64,000 bases of DNA from Rhynchopus sp. YZ270_cl-10 (Eukaryota): NCBI GenBank assembly GCA_964035575.1, contig OZ037834.1, positions 2,232,001 through 2,296,000 of the forward strand, in the 5' to 3' direction. A program made the position numbers and the translations under genes. Of the stretch, positions 46,559 to 58,045 are shown piece after piece. The first letter of the stretch is position 1, and every line of letters starts with the position of its first letter. The notes under the pieces were generated by a model that was not told the origin of the DNA, did no database searches, and saw only the letters and a list, made by a program, of their open reading frames with translations.

Positions 46559-49500
46559 ATGCACGAAAAAAAGCATTTAACTAAACGCGAGAAGGAGACA
46601 TGGAAGAAGATTACTTTTGGATTGAGTGAGGAGCCTGTTACGGGTGGGAGGTCGCTGCCGTCTGTGAAGCGTGGGGTGAAGAAGGAGGAAAGCGCCTATG
46701 CGCGCATACGTCGTGAAGAAGGCCTGCGGCGACGTGCAGCACAAGAGGATGCAGGCCCCTTCAGCGCCGCCACCTCTGCGTCACACTCCCGCAGCCTCTC
46801 CGCTGGCATGGGTGCGGGGAACCCTTACGGCACTGCCCCGTCCCCCTCACCCGCCACCCCACAGCAAGCCGCACAACTCCTCCTCGCGCCAGAGAGAAGA
46901 GAAAAACGGAACCCAAAGGTGCGCGTCCGCTCGCCTTCCCCGAAGCCCGCAAAAAAGGTAAAAGAAAGGGAAAAAATAAAGGCGGCAGAGAAGGAAAAAG
47001 AGAAGGAGAAGGAGAAGGTGGCTGCAGGTGGAGGCATCTCCCCACTGCTCCCTCCTGTTGCGAAGGTGAGGAGCAGGTCGCTGCCGGCGAACTGTAATGA
47101 GGCGTCGAAGGTGATGACCGACGTGACGGCACGACATCTGGCACGTGGCATGCGGCCTGCAGAGGCTGTGCGGGCTGATGTGGAGGAAATGGAGATGAGG
47201 AGACGCAACTCGACTGGAGGAGGGGGAGGAGGAGGGGGGGGAAGTGTCGCCGCAACTCCACGGTCACCCAGAAGGCGTGTCAGCATCGCCCCCGGTGCAG
47301 ACATGCCAGCGACACCAACCCGCAAAGGCAGTTTTTTTAAGACCACCGCAAATAACAACTTTGACCTTTCCAAACAACCGCGTCGGTTTTCTTTGCGGTT
47401 CACCCCTTCTGCGGAGAGCCCGACATTGAGTTTATCACCTCGTGGCGGGCCTCAGAGACGAGCCTCGGGGAGCGGGAACAATAGCAACTACAGCGACAGC
47501 GAGTCGGCAAGCGACGACGGCAGCCGGCCCTGCGGCGTGCCTGACTACTGCCACCGCTACCCGCCTGCCTTTGTGGAGAAGGTGCGGCGCGATATCGCAG
47601 CAGATGTCAATCCTATACTCATCAAGCGTGCAGAAAACCTTCGCAGCACCTTGGTGGAAGAGTCTGGTGGTGTCTCCGGAGCCTACGGTGTTATCGGCGT
47701 GTTAGAGAACGACAACGACAACGATGCAGCACTTCTCGCACACACAACCGATCTGACCCAAGAGGACCTAGCCAACGCTTGCCTCGCGTACGAGGCAGAC
47801 ATGAAGAGCTCAAACCCGGCGTTGGTCGAAGCATTTCGCCACCTCCTCTTGGCACACACTGCGTACAGGGTGCCTACTGGGTCTGACTTTTGGGATAAGG
47901 TGCAGGCAATTCGCCAGGGGCTGTCCAGGGCGTCGCCTGTAGAGGTGTTGAAGAGGTACCGTAGGGAGGCAGTGTTGATGGGACAGAATGTGACGGATTT
48001 TTTGAATAGAGTGCACGTTTGTACGGGGAGGACGTTGAGTTTGATCTCAACAACGCGGCTGGACCAGAAGGTGTTTGAGGAGTTTGTCGGCTACGATGCG
48101 GAGGAGGAGGACAAGCAGAACGGTGTGTTCGCACGACGCACCCCGGTGGTCTACCGCCCTGCCCCGTACTCTGCCACGCTCACCTACATCGGCGAGACAC
48201 CAGGTGGCTACGCGCTCTTCACCGTCGAAGATATGTGGGGCAAGCACCACTCCGCCACCGAGGACGAAGTCCGCCCCGAAGCAGGCCTGCAGGAAGGCGA
48301 CCCCGTCTACATCCCGTTGTCCGGCGACGAAGGGGTGGTCGTGGGGACCGGGCGCGGGAGGGTTGGGGTTTTGGTCAATGAGAGCAATTGTGTGTATGGG
48401 TATCTGAAGCAGGATGTGCGGCCGAAGTGTCCTGTGTATGCTGTAGGGGATGTGGTGTGGGTCTCACCGAACCCTATTGTGGGCGAAGTGGCGACGGACG
48501 CTCCTCACCGAGGAAGGGTGTCAGTGCAGCCATACGGCAGCACGGTGCGTCTCGGTTGTCTCCCAGAAACCTTACAGAAACGGCGTGAAGTACGTGCCGC
48601 ACCTTCCCTCTGGCAGCTTATTGTCTCGCAAAACCAGAGTCTCGACTTCATCCATATGGTCTGCTATGCTGGCGCGTTGATGAAGGAAGAAGAGAAGGTG
48701 CAGGAGGACCAGGACAACATCAAATTCAAGGAGCTGCCACCTGTGGCACCAGGGTGGATGATTGTGGAGGATGTGACGGACGGGCTGAAGCATCCAGAGA
48801 GGAACGACACCGTTCTGGATGTGGCGATCTGTGTGGCAGGGACGCAGAACCTGAACGACTGCTTCCGCGACTGTATGTTCATTCCGACGCAGCTGGAGCT
48901 GCCTGCGTACAGTGCTGAAGGCGTTGCAGAGCACGACAAACCCTCTGTGCCACCCAGCTTCGAAGGCGTCAAAGCGCATATGGGGTTCGTAGACGGAGCA
49001 AACCGCATTTTTGGACAAATCCTTCCAGAGCTGGTCGCCCGCCGCAAGGCCAATCCTGGCAAGACACTGCATGTAAAGCTGACAGGGCACTCTCTAGGTG
49101 GGGCAACGTCTTTGCTCTTAGGAGCATATCTGAAGGCAGCAAACCTCGACAATATCAAAGTGGTGAAGGTGTTCACGTACGGCGCGCCGAATGTGTTTAA
49201 TTTAGAAAAATGGGACGACAGCACGAAACTAAAGATTCTGAAAGGAATTGAGGTGAACCAATATGTCAACGAAAAGGATTTGGTACCGCGGAGTTTGGGT
49301 AGCACTTTGATACAAAAGGCGGCGAAGGTGGCGATCAAGCTGGGCTTTAAGGAGTTGAGGTGCGTCAACTCAAGCAACGCTGAGTCTTTACCACACTACC
49401 GCTTCACCTCGGACGCACTCCACCACATCACCGGCGGGAAGGTCATTTGTCTGAAGACACGCAAAGAACAGAACGCGGCGTTGACACTGTCTTTAGCAGG

Positions 49501-51351
49501 GTTCCGTCCTCAGGCGGCACATGATCACAAGATGGCGAACTACATCGCCAACCTCATTGAGGTCTACAACACCGAGACAGGCCACACGCACCACTACAAA
49601 TCTGATCCCAGCAGCAAGGACTCCGACGCCATGGGGTCACATCCTATCGTCACCGCCTGCTTCGACAAAGACGAACCGACCAAGCTGTCGTCCACCCTGG
49701 TGCACGCATGCAGGAACATCTCCGACCGCCTGGGCGGCATCACCCTGGGCACGCTTGCCGCCATCTGCGACTGGTCCTCCAAGGTGTACCCCAAGCACCT
49801 CCTCGACACGCAGGTCTTCAACGAAGGCCGATACGAGCGCTCTGAGAACAACCCCGACCAGCTCTCCGTCGACGGCTTCCAATGCTTCATGGAGGACCAA
49901 TGCTATGCTGACCCGCATTGGGTGTGCCGCCTGCTCAAGAGCATCGGGTGGGAGCAGGAGGGTGAGTACAAGGTCAAGTTTGTGGATGGGAGGAGGACAG
50001 GAAAGGACATACCACGTCCGCCACCCATATTCCATGGCGTGCCCCTGGTGGAGCGAGGCGAGGCAGGGGACCAGGTGTTGACGCGAGAGGCGTTGCGTGC
50101 CTGCAGTGAGATCTTCGCGAGCTATGCGCACCCGGTGTTTGTGGATCCACACACCCAGCAGGCGCTCCGTAGAGGTACCTGGGGGTGGTCCGAGGTGGCA
50201 CAGCGGCGGCACTTCACAGAGTACAAACTGCTGCGCCCAGAGTGCATCCGTGCGCTGTTGCGGAACATAGACATCTCAGAGTACGGCAGCGGGCACGACC
50301 CTACCCAGGAGCGTGTTCAGTTCCTCTTCCGCAACTTCATGGAGGCTGTGCCCGCAGGCATCGGCACGACCTGTGTGGACCGGGCAACACGCTTTGTGAC
50401 GGAGGAGGGCTTCCACCACGTCTTCGAGCTGTGGTGTGCCGACGACGAGCTGCGGATGTGGAACATCCTGCGGAAGGGAGGTGGGTTCACAGAACAGCTG
50501 ACGTCGAAGAAGGAGGCGACGCTGCCGCTGTGGGACACTGCGGCGCTGGGGAAGACAGTGAAGCGCATCGACAAGATCGTGAAGCATGCTGCCGGCAACA
50601 GACAGCAGTTCCTGAGCAACCGTCTGAAGTGCAAGATATTCGATATGTACATCTCGGGCAAGAACTACGTCTCTCCAGTGCAAAAGTTCCTCAAGCGCAA
50701 GTCTGTCCCATCGCTGCAAGGCTTCCAGGTAGAGGACTCTGCACCACCGTCGCCAGCGTCATCGGCAGAGCGTGGCCCGAAGAGGAAGCGCTACACACGC
50801 CTCGAAAGGGCACGCAAGAACGCAGAGAGGGCAAAGCGGCAGAAGGCGAAAGGGTTGTGTTACGGTGTCACGCCGTACACACTCATGCAGCATGTCCCCA
50901 AAGTGGCGGGTGCACGTGCACCAGGGTCGGTGGCCTCCCCGTCGCCGTCCAGCAAGAACCAAAAGGAGAAGCTGCGTCCTGAGCTGTTGATCTACCTGAA
51001 CCCCCTGCCACCGAAGCACATTGTCACGATAGACAAGAAACGTCTCCACTCGCCACAGCGTATTTCCTTGAAGAGGTCGAAGGCGAATCCGTACAAACAC
51101 GTATGTCATTTGATTCCAAAAAGAAATTGTTCAAAAATTTCAAAACACAACAGGTGCCCTCCTCACAACACAAAGCCATGCCCTACAGCCACATGGTCAA
51201 GTATGAACGCAAAGGCCTCCTTCCGGTCATCGCGAAGTTCGATATATCAGGCACAGCTGCAGCAGCGCTGTCGGGTGGGGCCGCAAAGGCAAACAGCACG
51301 ACACTGCAGCAGCCGCAGCAGCAGCCCCCTCCGCCAAGTGCCTATCCGTAA
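46559..51351 (+). CDS. Large class-3 lipase domain protein (~1579 aa); exons 46559-51100 and 51154-51351
   Basis: VAGT...HMGF...LTGHSLGG...FTYGAP...DLVP...HDH. A phase-0 GTATGT...CAACAG intron (51101-51153) gives ...PYKH|VPSSQHK...SAYP*. Confidence 0.85.
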
Positions 51352-52068
51352 AGTGCACCAGTCCATAAGTCGACGCAAGACTTCAGGGCGGAAAAGGACA
51401 AACGAGGTGTCGTATCCCTCATTACGGCACCCTCCTGTGCTGTGGAAGCCACGAGAGCACCTTGTGAGTGTCTTCACAAAGATGTTGCCGCTTTTTTGCA
51501 TCCTTCATTCCCAGAGTGCACAGCGGATGTGGCTCGCTGTGGCTGAGGATCGTCTCACAGCTGTTACGTTAGAGAGGTACAGGACCGTCTGTTTGAGTTA
51601 GTTTTTCTTTTTCTTTTCTTTTTTTTTTTGGAAAGACCGTTTCCAGGACTTTTTGTTCTATCAACAATGAAGGGTGCCTGCCTTTCTGGGCAGCATCGTT
51701 CCTAGGGGGCGAAGCCGTTTTTGCTGCCTTGTGTTCCTTCTGGTGGGAGGAGGATGTGCAGCAAGCAGCAAGCTTTGCTCTCTCTGTGTGTGTGGGTCTC
51801 TGCCACAGCTGCTTCCGCAGTGGGTGGTGGTGGAAAAAAGATTAAAAGGTTACGTTTCTGACGTATAATTTCTCATAAGTGGGGGGAATTTGGTTTTGTT
51901 TTTGTTAGGCGGAAAAATCGGAACAAATCTACCATTTAAGTACTGAACAAAATAAAGGACGGTTTTTCTTTCTCTGGCTCCTTTTGGGTTGTCTTCTCGC
52001 AAAATATCTTGCTCATTGTTCACCCATTCCATTCTTTGTGGACGGGTTTCCTATTCTTTATAGGCAGC

Positions 52069-52167
52069 ATGATGACAACAAAAAAAAAAAAAAAAAAGTA
52101 GTGGTATTCGGAACGCTTCAGTCCTGACGACGCAAAACTTACAATTTCATTTCATTTCAATAGCTGA
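52069..52167 (+). ncRNA. Box C/D snoRNA copy 1 (A-run expanded)
   Basis: Box C ATGATGA, guide AAAGTAGTGGTATT, D' CGGA, C' TGACGA, box D CTGA. Confidence 0.82.
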
Positions 52168-52265
52168 TCACTTTTGGTAGTGCGCCGTCCACATGAGTGT
52201 TGAGAACGAAGTGGTCCCTCATCACACATGCTTATTCCCAGTTCCCTTCAGTGCCATGCACACAA

Positions 52266-52350
52266 ATGATGACAACAAAGTAGTGGTATTCGGAACGCTC
52301 AAGTTTTGACGATGCAAAACTTAACTAATTTCATTTTAAAAACTAGCTGA
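52266..52350 (+). ncRNA. Box C/D snoRNA copy 2
   Basis: Same boxes and D' guide; D-side region diverged. Confidence 0.82.
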
Positions 52351-52421
52351 CTGTGGAAGCTCAAGAGCAATTTTCTTGTTGCAGCTCTGGTGATTATTAG
52401 GTCATACAGCCAAACCTGATC

Positions 52422-52507
52422 ATGATGACAACAAAGTAGTGGTATTCGGAACGCTTAAAGTCTTGACGACGCAAAACTTACAATTTCATTTCATTTCAAA
52501 TCTCTGA
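52422..52507 (+). ncRNA. Box C/D snoRNA copy 3
   Basis: Same boxes and guide. Confidence 0.85.
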
Positions 52508-52618
52508 ACATAATGTCCCGACAACACGGGTCTCCGAATGGAGCGGTGGGTGCACTTTCTCGAGCGACTTTTTTGTGTCGCCTGTCCCCGTTCCGTATTC
52601 AAAAAGCCTTTACAACAC

Positions 52619-52702
52619 ATGATGACAACAAAGTAGTGGTATTCGGAACGCTCCAGTCCTGACGACGCAAAACTTACAATTTCATTTCATTTTCATAGCT
52701 GA
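52619..52702 (+). ncRNA. Box C/D snoRNA copy 4
   Basis: Same boxes and guide. Confidence 0.85.
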
Positions 52703-52933
52703 TCACTTTATGGCAAAGGTGACGTACAGAAACTTAGGTAGAGTGTTCGTAGAACCTTTCCTTCTTTCGCTTCTCGACGTTGTCCAGTTGTTACGCACAC
52801 TGCTTTTGTGAGCGGAAACTGCCACGTCGTTCACTCACCCAACCGTGCTCCGCAACACCACCACCACCTCAGTATTGGTAGTGTAGAAGCGTACAAATCA
52901 ACGCACAAAATGCTGCCCAGGAATACGGTGCAT

Positions 52934-53019
52934 ATGATGACAACAAAGTAGTGGTATTCAGAACGCTTAAAGTCCTGACGACGCAAAACTTACAATTTCA
53001 TTTCATTTCAAATCTCTGA
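52934..53019 (+). ncRNA. Box C/D snoRNA copy 5 (D' = CAGA)
   Basis: Same boxes and guide; D' variant CAGA. Confidence 0.85.
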
Positions 53020-53079
53020 ACCTCCTGTCGTACACCCTCTCTCTCTGCAACCCCCCCCCTCCTGCACACCGCTCCAAAC

Positions 53080-53155
53080 ATGATGACAACAAAGTAGTGG
53101 TATTCGGAACGCTTCAGTCCTGACGACGCAAAACTTTCAAAAATTTCAGCTCTGA
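53080..53155 (+). ncRNA. Box C/D snoRNA copy 6
   Basis: Same boxes and D' guide; shorter D-side region that still ends in CTGA. Confidence 0.82.
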
Positions 53156-53248
53156 CTCTCACCCCCACTCCATAATTTCACTCCACACCCCACACTCCAC
53201 TCCACACCCCCTCTAGAACCACAGCGACCCCCCTTCCCCTCAGTTAGG

Positions 53249-56200
53249 ATGGGGTCTCCTGTGATTGAGACCCCCCTTGCAGATTCGACGAATGGGTTCA
53301 AATACAAGCATACGGTGCTGGAGAATGGGTTGGAGATGCTGGCGATCAGCGACCCGAAGTCGACGAAGGGCGCTGCGTCTATGGACTGCAAGGTGGGGCA
53401 GCTGCATGAGGGTGACGATGTGCCGGGGCTGGCGCACTTCTGTGAACACATGATGTTCCTCGGGACAGAGAAGTACCCCGAGGAAGGGGAGTACGAGAGC
53501 TATGTGACACGCAACGGCGGGCGGCTCAATGCGTACACCGCGTCGGAGAACACATGCTTCTCCTTTGAGGTCAGCGACGAGAGTCTCGATGGCGCCCTCG
53601 ACCGCTTCGCTCAGTTCTTCATCGCCCCGCTCTTCACCGAAACCGCCACAGGCAGAGAGCTCATGGCTGTCGAGTCTGAGTTCCAACGGTCCCGCGCCAG
53701 CGAAGGCTTCCACTTCTCCACCTCCTTTCTCAAAAGACTGATAAATAAAGACCACCCCCTGCACAGATTCGGCGCAGGCAACAGAGAGACCCTGCGTGAC
53801 ATACCAAAGGAAAAGGGGATTAATGTGCGGGAAAGATTGCTTGCATTCCAGAAGGCGCACTATAGGGTGCGCAACTTGCGTTTATGTGTGTACAGCAGTG
53901 CGAGCTGTGACGACACCATTGCGATGACACGCAAGCACTTCACGGGCATCACCAACGAAAGTGAGGCACCAAGCAACCACACGCCACCATGGGGCGAACG
54001 TGCCATCTTCGACAGCGACGCCTTCAGGAAGCTCTACTACGTGAAGACCGTGACGCACACACCGGGCCTGATCCTGCTGTGGGACACACAGTTCTCGTAC
54101 GGGTCGTACCTCAGCAAGCCTTCTGGCATGGTCTCGCACCTCCTCGGCCATGAGTGTGAAGGCACCATCATCTACGTCCTGAAGAAGCGTGGCTGGGCCA
54201 CTGCCCTCGTAGCAGGGCCCTTCGCAGAGGTCGATGCAGAGCGGTCCATCTTCTTCCTAGAGATCTCGCTCACAGCAGAAGGACGCAAGCATGTGCGCGA
54301 GATCATCAATCTTGTGTTCATCTACGTCGAAATCGTGAAAGAAGGCATCTCCTCAGCAGTGCACCACGAGCTCGTCAGCCTCATGACCTCGACATTCAAC
54401 TTCACGGACCAGTCGCGTTCACCCTTCTCACGGACGCTCGACTGCGCAGCAGCGATGAACAAATTCCCCCCAGAGCACATCATATCGGGTGATGTCCTTA
54501 TGTTTGAAGAGGATTTGGAGAAGGTATGTCGGTGGTGATTACTTTTTTTTGAAACATTCACTCAACAGGTGAGACAACTGGCGGCCGCGCTGACACCAGA
54601 CACAGTGATCCTGGCTGTGAAGCGGAAAGAGTTTGAGGACGGCACGGCGCCAGTCCCTCTGGACCAGTATGCAACATGCCCACCTATCCACCACATCACC
54701 ACATCACACCTACAGGGATGGGCTCTTCGTCAAAGAGCAGTACGGAGCATGGGACATCCCCTCTGAGTGGCTTGAGGGGTGGCGCAACGTGAAGTTAGCA
54801 GACGGTGCGGAACATGACTTGCGGATGCCGGACCTGAACACGTTCCTTGCAGAGACCTTTGACGTGCACGAGAGCACGGAGCAGGACACGAACGTCCCAC
54901 AACGCATCCTCGACACGTGCCGCAACCACACCGCAGAGGCGAAGCAAGGTGCCGAGGTCGAGGTGTGGCACTGGAAGGACGCGACCTTCCTCGTGCCGAA
55001 GTCGTACCTCATGCTGGGCCTCTCGTCCCCCATCGTCTCCTCGTCGCTCCAGAACCACGTGCTCGCAAAGCTCTACGCAGACGTGCTCACAGAGCTCGAC
55101 GTCACCACAAGCTACTTCGCAAGCCTCGGCTTGCTGGACCTTGCCTTCAGCAGCATCACACAGGGCATCCGCATAGGCATGGGTGGGCTCGATGAGAAGC
55201 TTCCGGTGCTGCTCGAAAGCGTGCTGCGGAGAATAAACAAGCTGCGTGTGTTGGACGACGACGAATTCGCGATATTTGAGTCGCAGCGGCAGAAGTACAT
55301 CAACAACGTGAAGACGTACCGTTCGCAACAACCTGTGACCCATGCGCAGGACTCTGTGTCGGGGTTGATCAAGCGGCCGCACAACAACCCTGAACAGCAG
55401 CTGAAGGCGACGGAGCGCCTGACCCGAGCGGACATGGACCGTTTCATTCGCGACTTTCGCTCGAGCCTGCGCGTTGTCCTGGTTGGGGGAGGGAACATCA
55501 CTCGGGATCGTGTACAGAACCTTGCGAAGGACATCCCTACATGGTTCGACTGGTCCGACTCGTTTGCCCCGCAGACGGCATACACCTTTGACCCACGCAT
55601 ACACATATTGCCTGCAGGACGCAAACTCATTGTTCCTGTGCTTCACCCGGATCCGAGCAATACGAACGCAGCAGCGTACCACCACATCCAGTTGGGCGCG
55701 GTGGACACACACACCGTGGCGTGCACGTACGTCTTCGAGGCGTTGGTGGAGCACATCTTCTTCCACAACCTGCGCACCGTGGAGCAGCTTGGCTACCTCG
55801 TGCTCAGCTCTGCGCAGATCTCAGAGGGCATCGTGAACTTCCTCTTCATCGTGCAGAGTGCGCTCTGTGGGCCGTGGTACGCCTACACCCGCATCGAATG
55901 CTTCCTGCAGGCCTTAGACGGATGGATGGGTGAGCTTGGCGAGGGCGACTTCAGAAAGATCCTGAACGCCACCATCCAAAAGCAGAGCGACCCTCCGAAG
56001 GGCATCATGGAGATTGTGAACAAATGGTTCACACAGATCGAGAAGCAGACCCTCAGGTTCAACCTTAAGCAGGATGTAATTGAGGCACTCAAGGGTCTGA
56101 CCCTGGACGACTTGAAGGCGTTTTACCGTGAAAGGATCTCCGTCAACTCTGCGCAGAAGCGTGCCGTGTCGAGTCTGGTGTACACCTCGGCGTCGCATCA

Positions 56201-56483
56201 GAAAGAAGAGTTCGACGGGATTGTGTCGCGGTGGAAGGCGATCGAGTCTGTCGGGGCGACGCCACTCTTCCTTAAGGAGACACGACGCCTCGCAGAGAAG
56301 ATGTGCTTCGTGAAGAAGGACGGCGACCACGTGGAAAGCACGGACACCAAGGAGGACAACAAGGACCACCTTCTCCACATCAATGTCGGCGATGGCGCAG
56401 GTGAGATCGACGTCGAGTACGTGATGCGGACAGGCGAGCTGCAGCTGCACCTCCCCTCCTTCGCTTCAAGGCCTCCTGTTTGA
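53249..56483 (+). CDS. Insulysin-like M16A metallopeptidase (~1046 aa); exons 53249-54523, 54569-54666, 54716-56483
   Basis: PGLAHFCEHMMFLGTEKYPEE (inverted HxxEH), NAYT, LRTVEQLGYLV. Two GTATG..ACAG introns (45 and 49 nt) join three ORFs in frame. Confidence 0.93.
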
Positions 56484-58045
56484 GAAGGTGTGTGCTGTGT
56501 GTTGCTAACACTGCTCGTTTGAGGGTTTAATTGATTGTTTCTGTCAAGGGTCGCAGCAATAATGGTTGCCTTGCAGCACACAAAAGGGTGGGTGCTGTTC
56601 GCCCTTTTAGGTAAAAAAGCCCACGGGTGATTGTCAATACGACAACAAAAAGGGAATGTGGGTTTGTGAAGAAATAGTTTGTGTGTTCAAAAAGAAGTTG
56701 TGGGTAGTTCCCAAAGAGACGGGCGGTTCAAAAAAAAAAATATGTAAAATGAAATTAAAAAAATAGCTTTGTCAGCTTACTCTTGCCTAAGTGGTTGTAA
56801 AAAGGAAAACCAAAAACTGCTTCCGAGGAAATAATAGTGCAGAACAGTAGTGTGCGAAGACACATTCATATCTTTCAAGTGTTGTGCCAAGGTGTAGGGT
56901 TGGTTCATCTGTAAATCGTTTTCTTCTTTTTCTCCTTCTTTTTGAATTTTGAATTTTATTACTGCAAGCGGTTTGTTTTGCTTTCCAACGATAAAGGGGT
57001 TTCCCCTCCTCCACAGCCTTCGCACAGTGTTGTGTGTAGTCTGTGTGGTGATGTGTCTTCATTTTTTTTTTTTTTCTGTGATATCCCATTCCTGTTTCGA
57101 TAATTTATTGGTGCAAAATAAAAAAAAAAAATAGTGACATGGGTTCAGGCATTGAGAGCCTACAAAAAAGGGTGAGCAAGAGAAAGAAATATGTACGCTT
57201 CCTTTTGGGACAGATCGGAACAATTAACTGATATTGCGAAAGTGTATGGGGCGTGTGTGCGCTCTATTGAGAGTGGTTAGTACAGTGTACAGAGAGAAGA
57301 TGCAGAGACAGATAACAGAGTTCTTCTTCTTCTTCTTTCTTTTTAAGTTTTGACGGTGCACAGGTGATGTTCCGCACTGCACAGTTGGCAAGCTCCACGA
57401 TCTCACAAACTTTTTCAAAAACAAATATGAAAGAGTGAAATTGTCAGAAAATGTCAGCCCTAAATTTTTCGGACAGAAAAACCGTAAAAATGCGCTTTTT
57501 TTTTTTTATAGGCAGTTTTTTTTCCGGGAGGGGGAAAAAAAAGCGCAAACGGGAACATTGAATTGTAATAAAAGTAAAACGCCCCTTTCTTCGGAAAAAC
57601 CTTCCTCAGAGAAGAGAAGACTGACAAAAGAAAAAAGCTGGTCATTTTTTCAAGAGAAAGTAAAAAAGACCTCCCGCAGGACAAAGGCTTCGAAGTTACC
57701 TATTGTCACCCCCACAACTTAAGGCGACTAAGCACGAGGCTTAGGTTCATCCTTATTAACTTTTCTTAACTCTATACTTCGGTCAACATTGATTGAGTAC
57801 AGACCCTCAGTACCAAAGGTGGGTACTTAGGCGATTTGTAGATGTAACAAAAACCCTGTCTTCTTCTTTTTTGAAGACATTGCTATTTGTCGATATAAAA
57901 CCAAAAGCTCTACCCCCTCTAACCAATCAAAAAGACAAACAAGACAAAACACAAACCACCCCCACCACCATTTCAACCTCTTTGAACCTCTTTGATCCAC
58001 ACACTTCCCTACAGACACCTTTTCTACACTCTTGACAAAACGAGA

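Noticed and set aside
51101..51601. Unspliced 1680-aa C-terminus of the lipase ORF
   Set aside because: A consensus intron at 51101-51153 fits better and shifts the frame to the stop at 51351; not proven without RNA data.
52069..53155. CRISPR-like array
   Set aside because: Repeats are ~85 nt with C/D boxes and an rRNA-antisense guide, spacers vary from 60 to 231 nt, there are no cas genes, and the context is eukaryotic.
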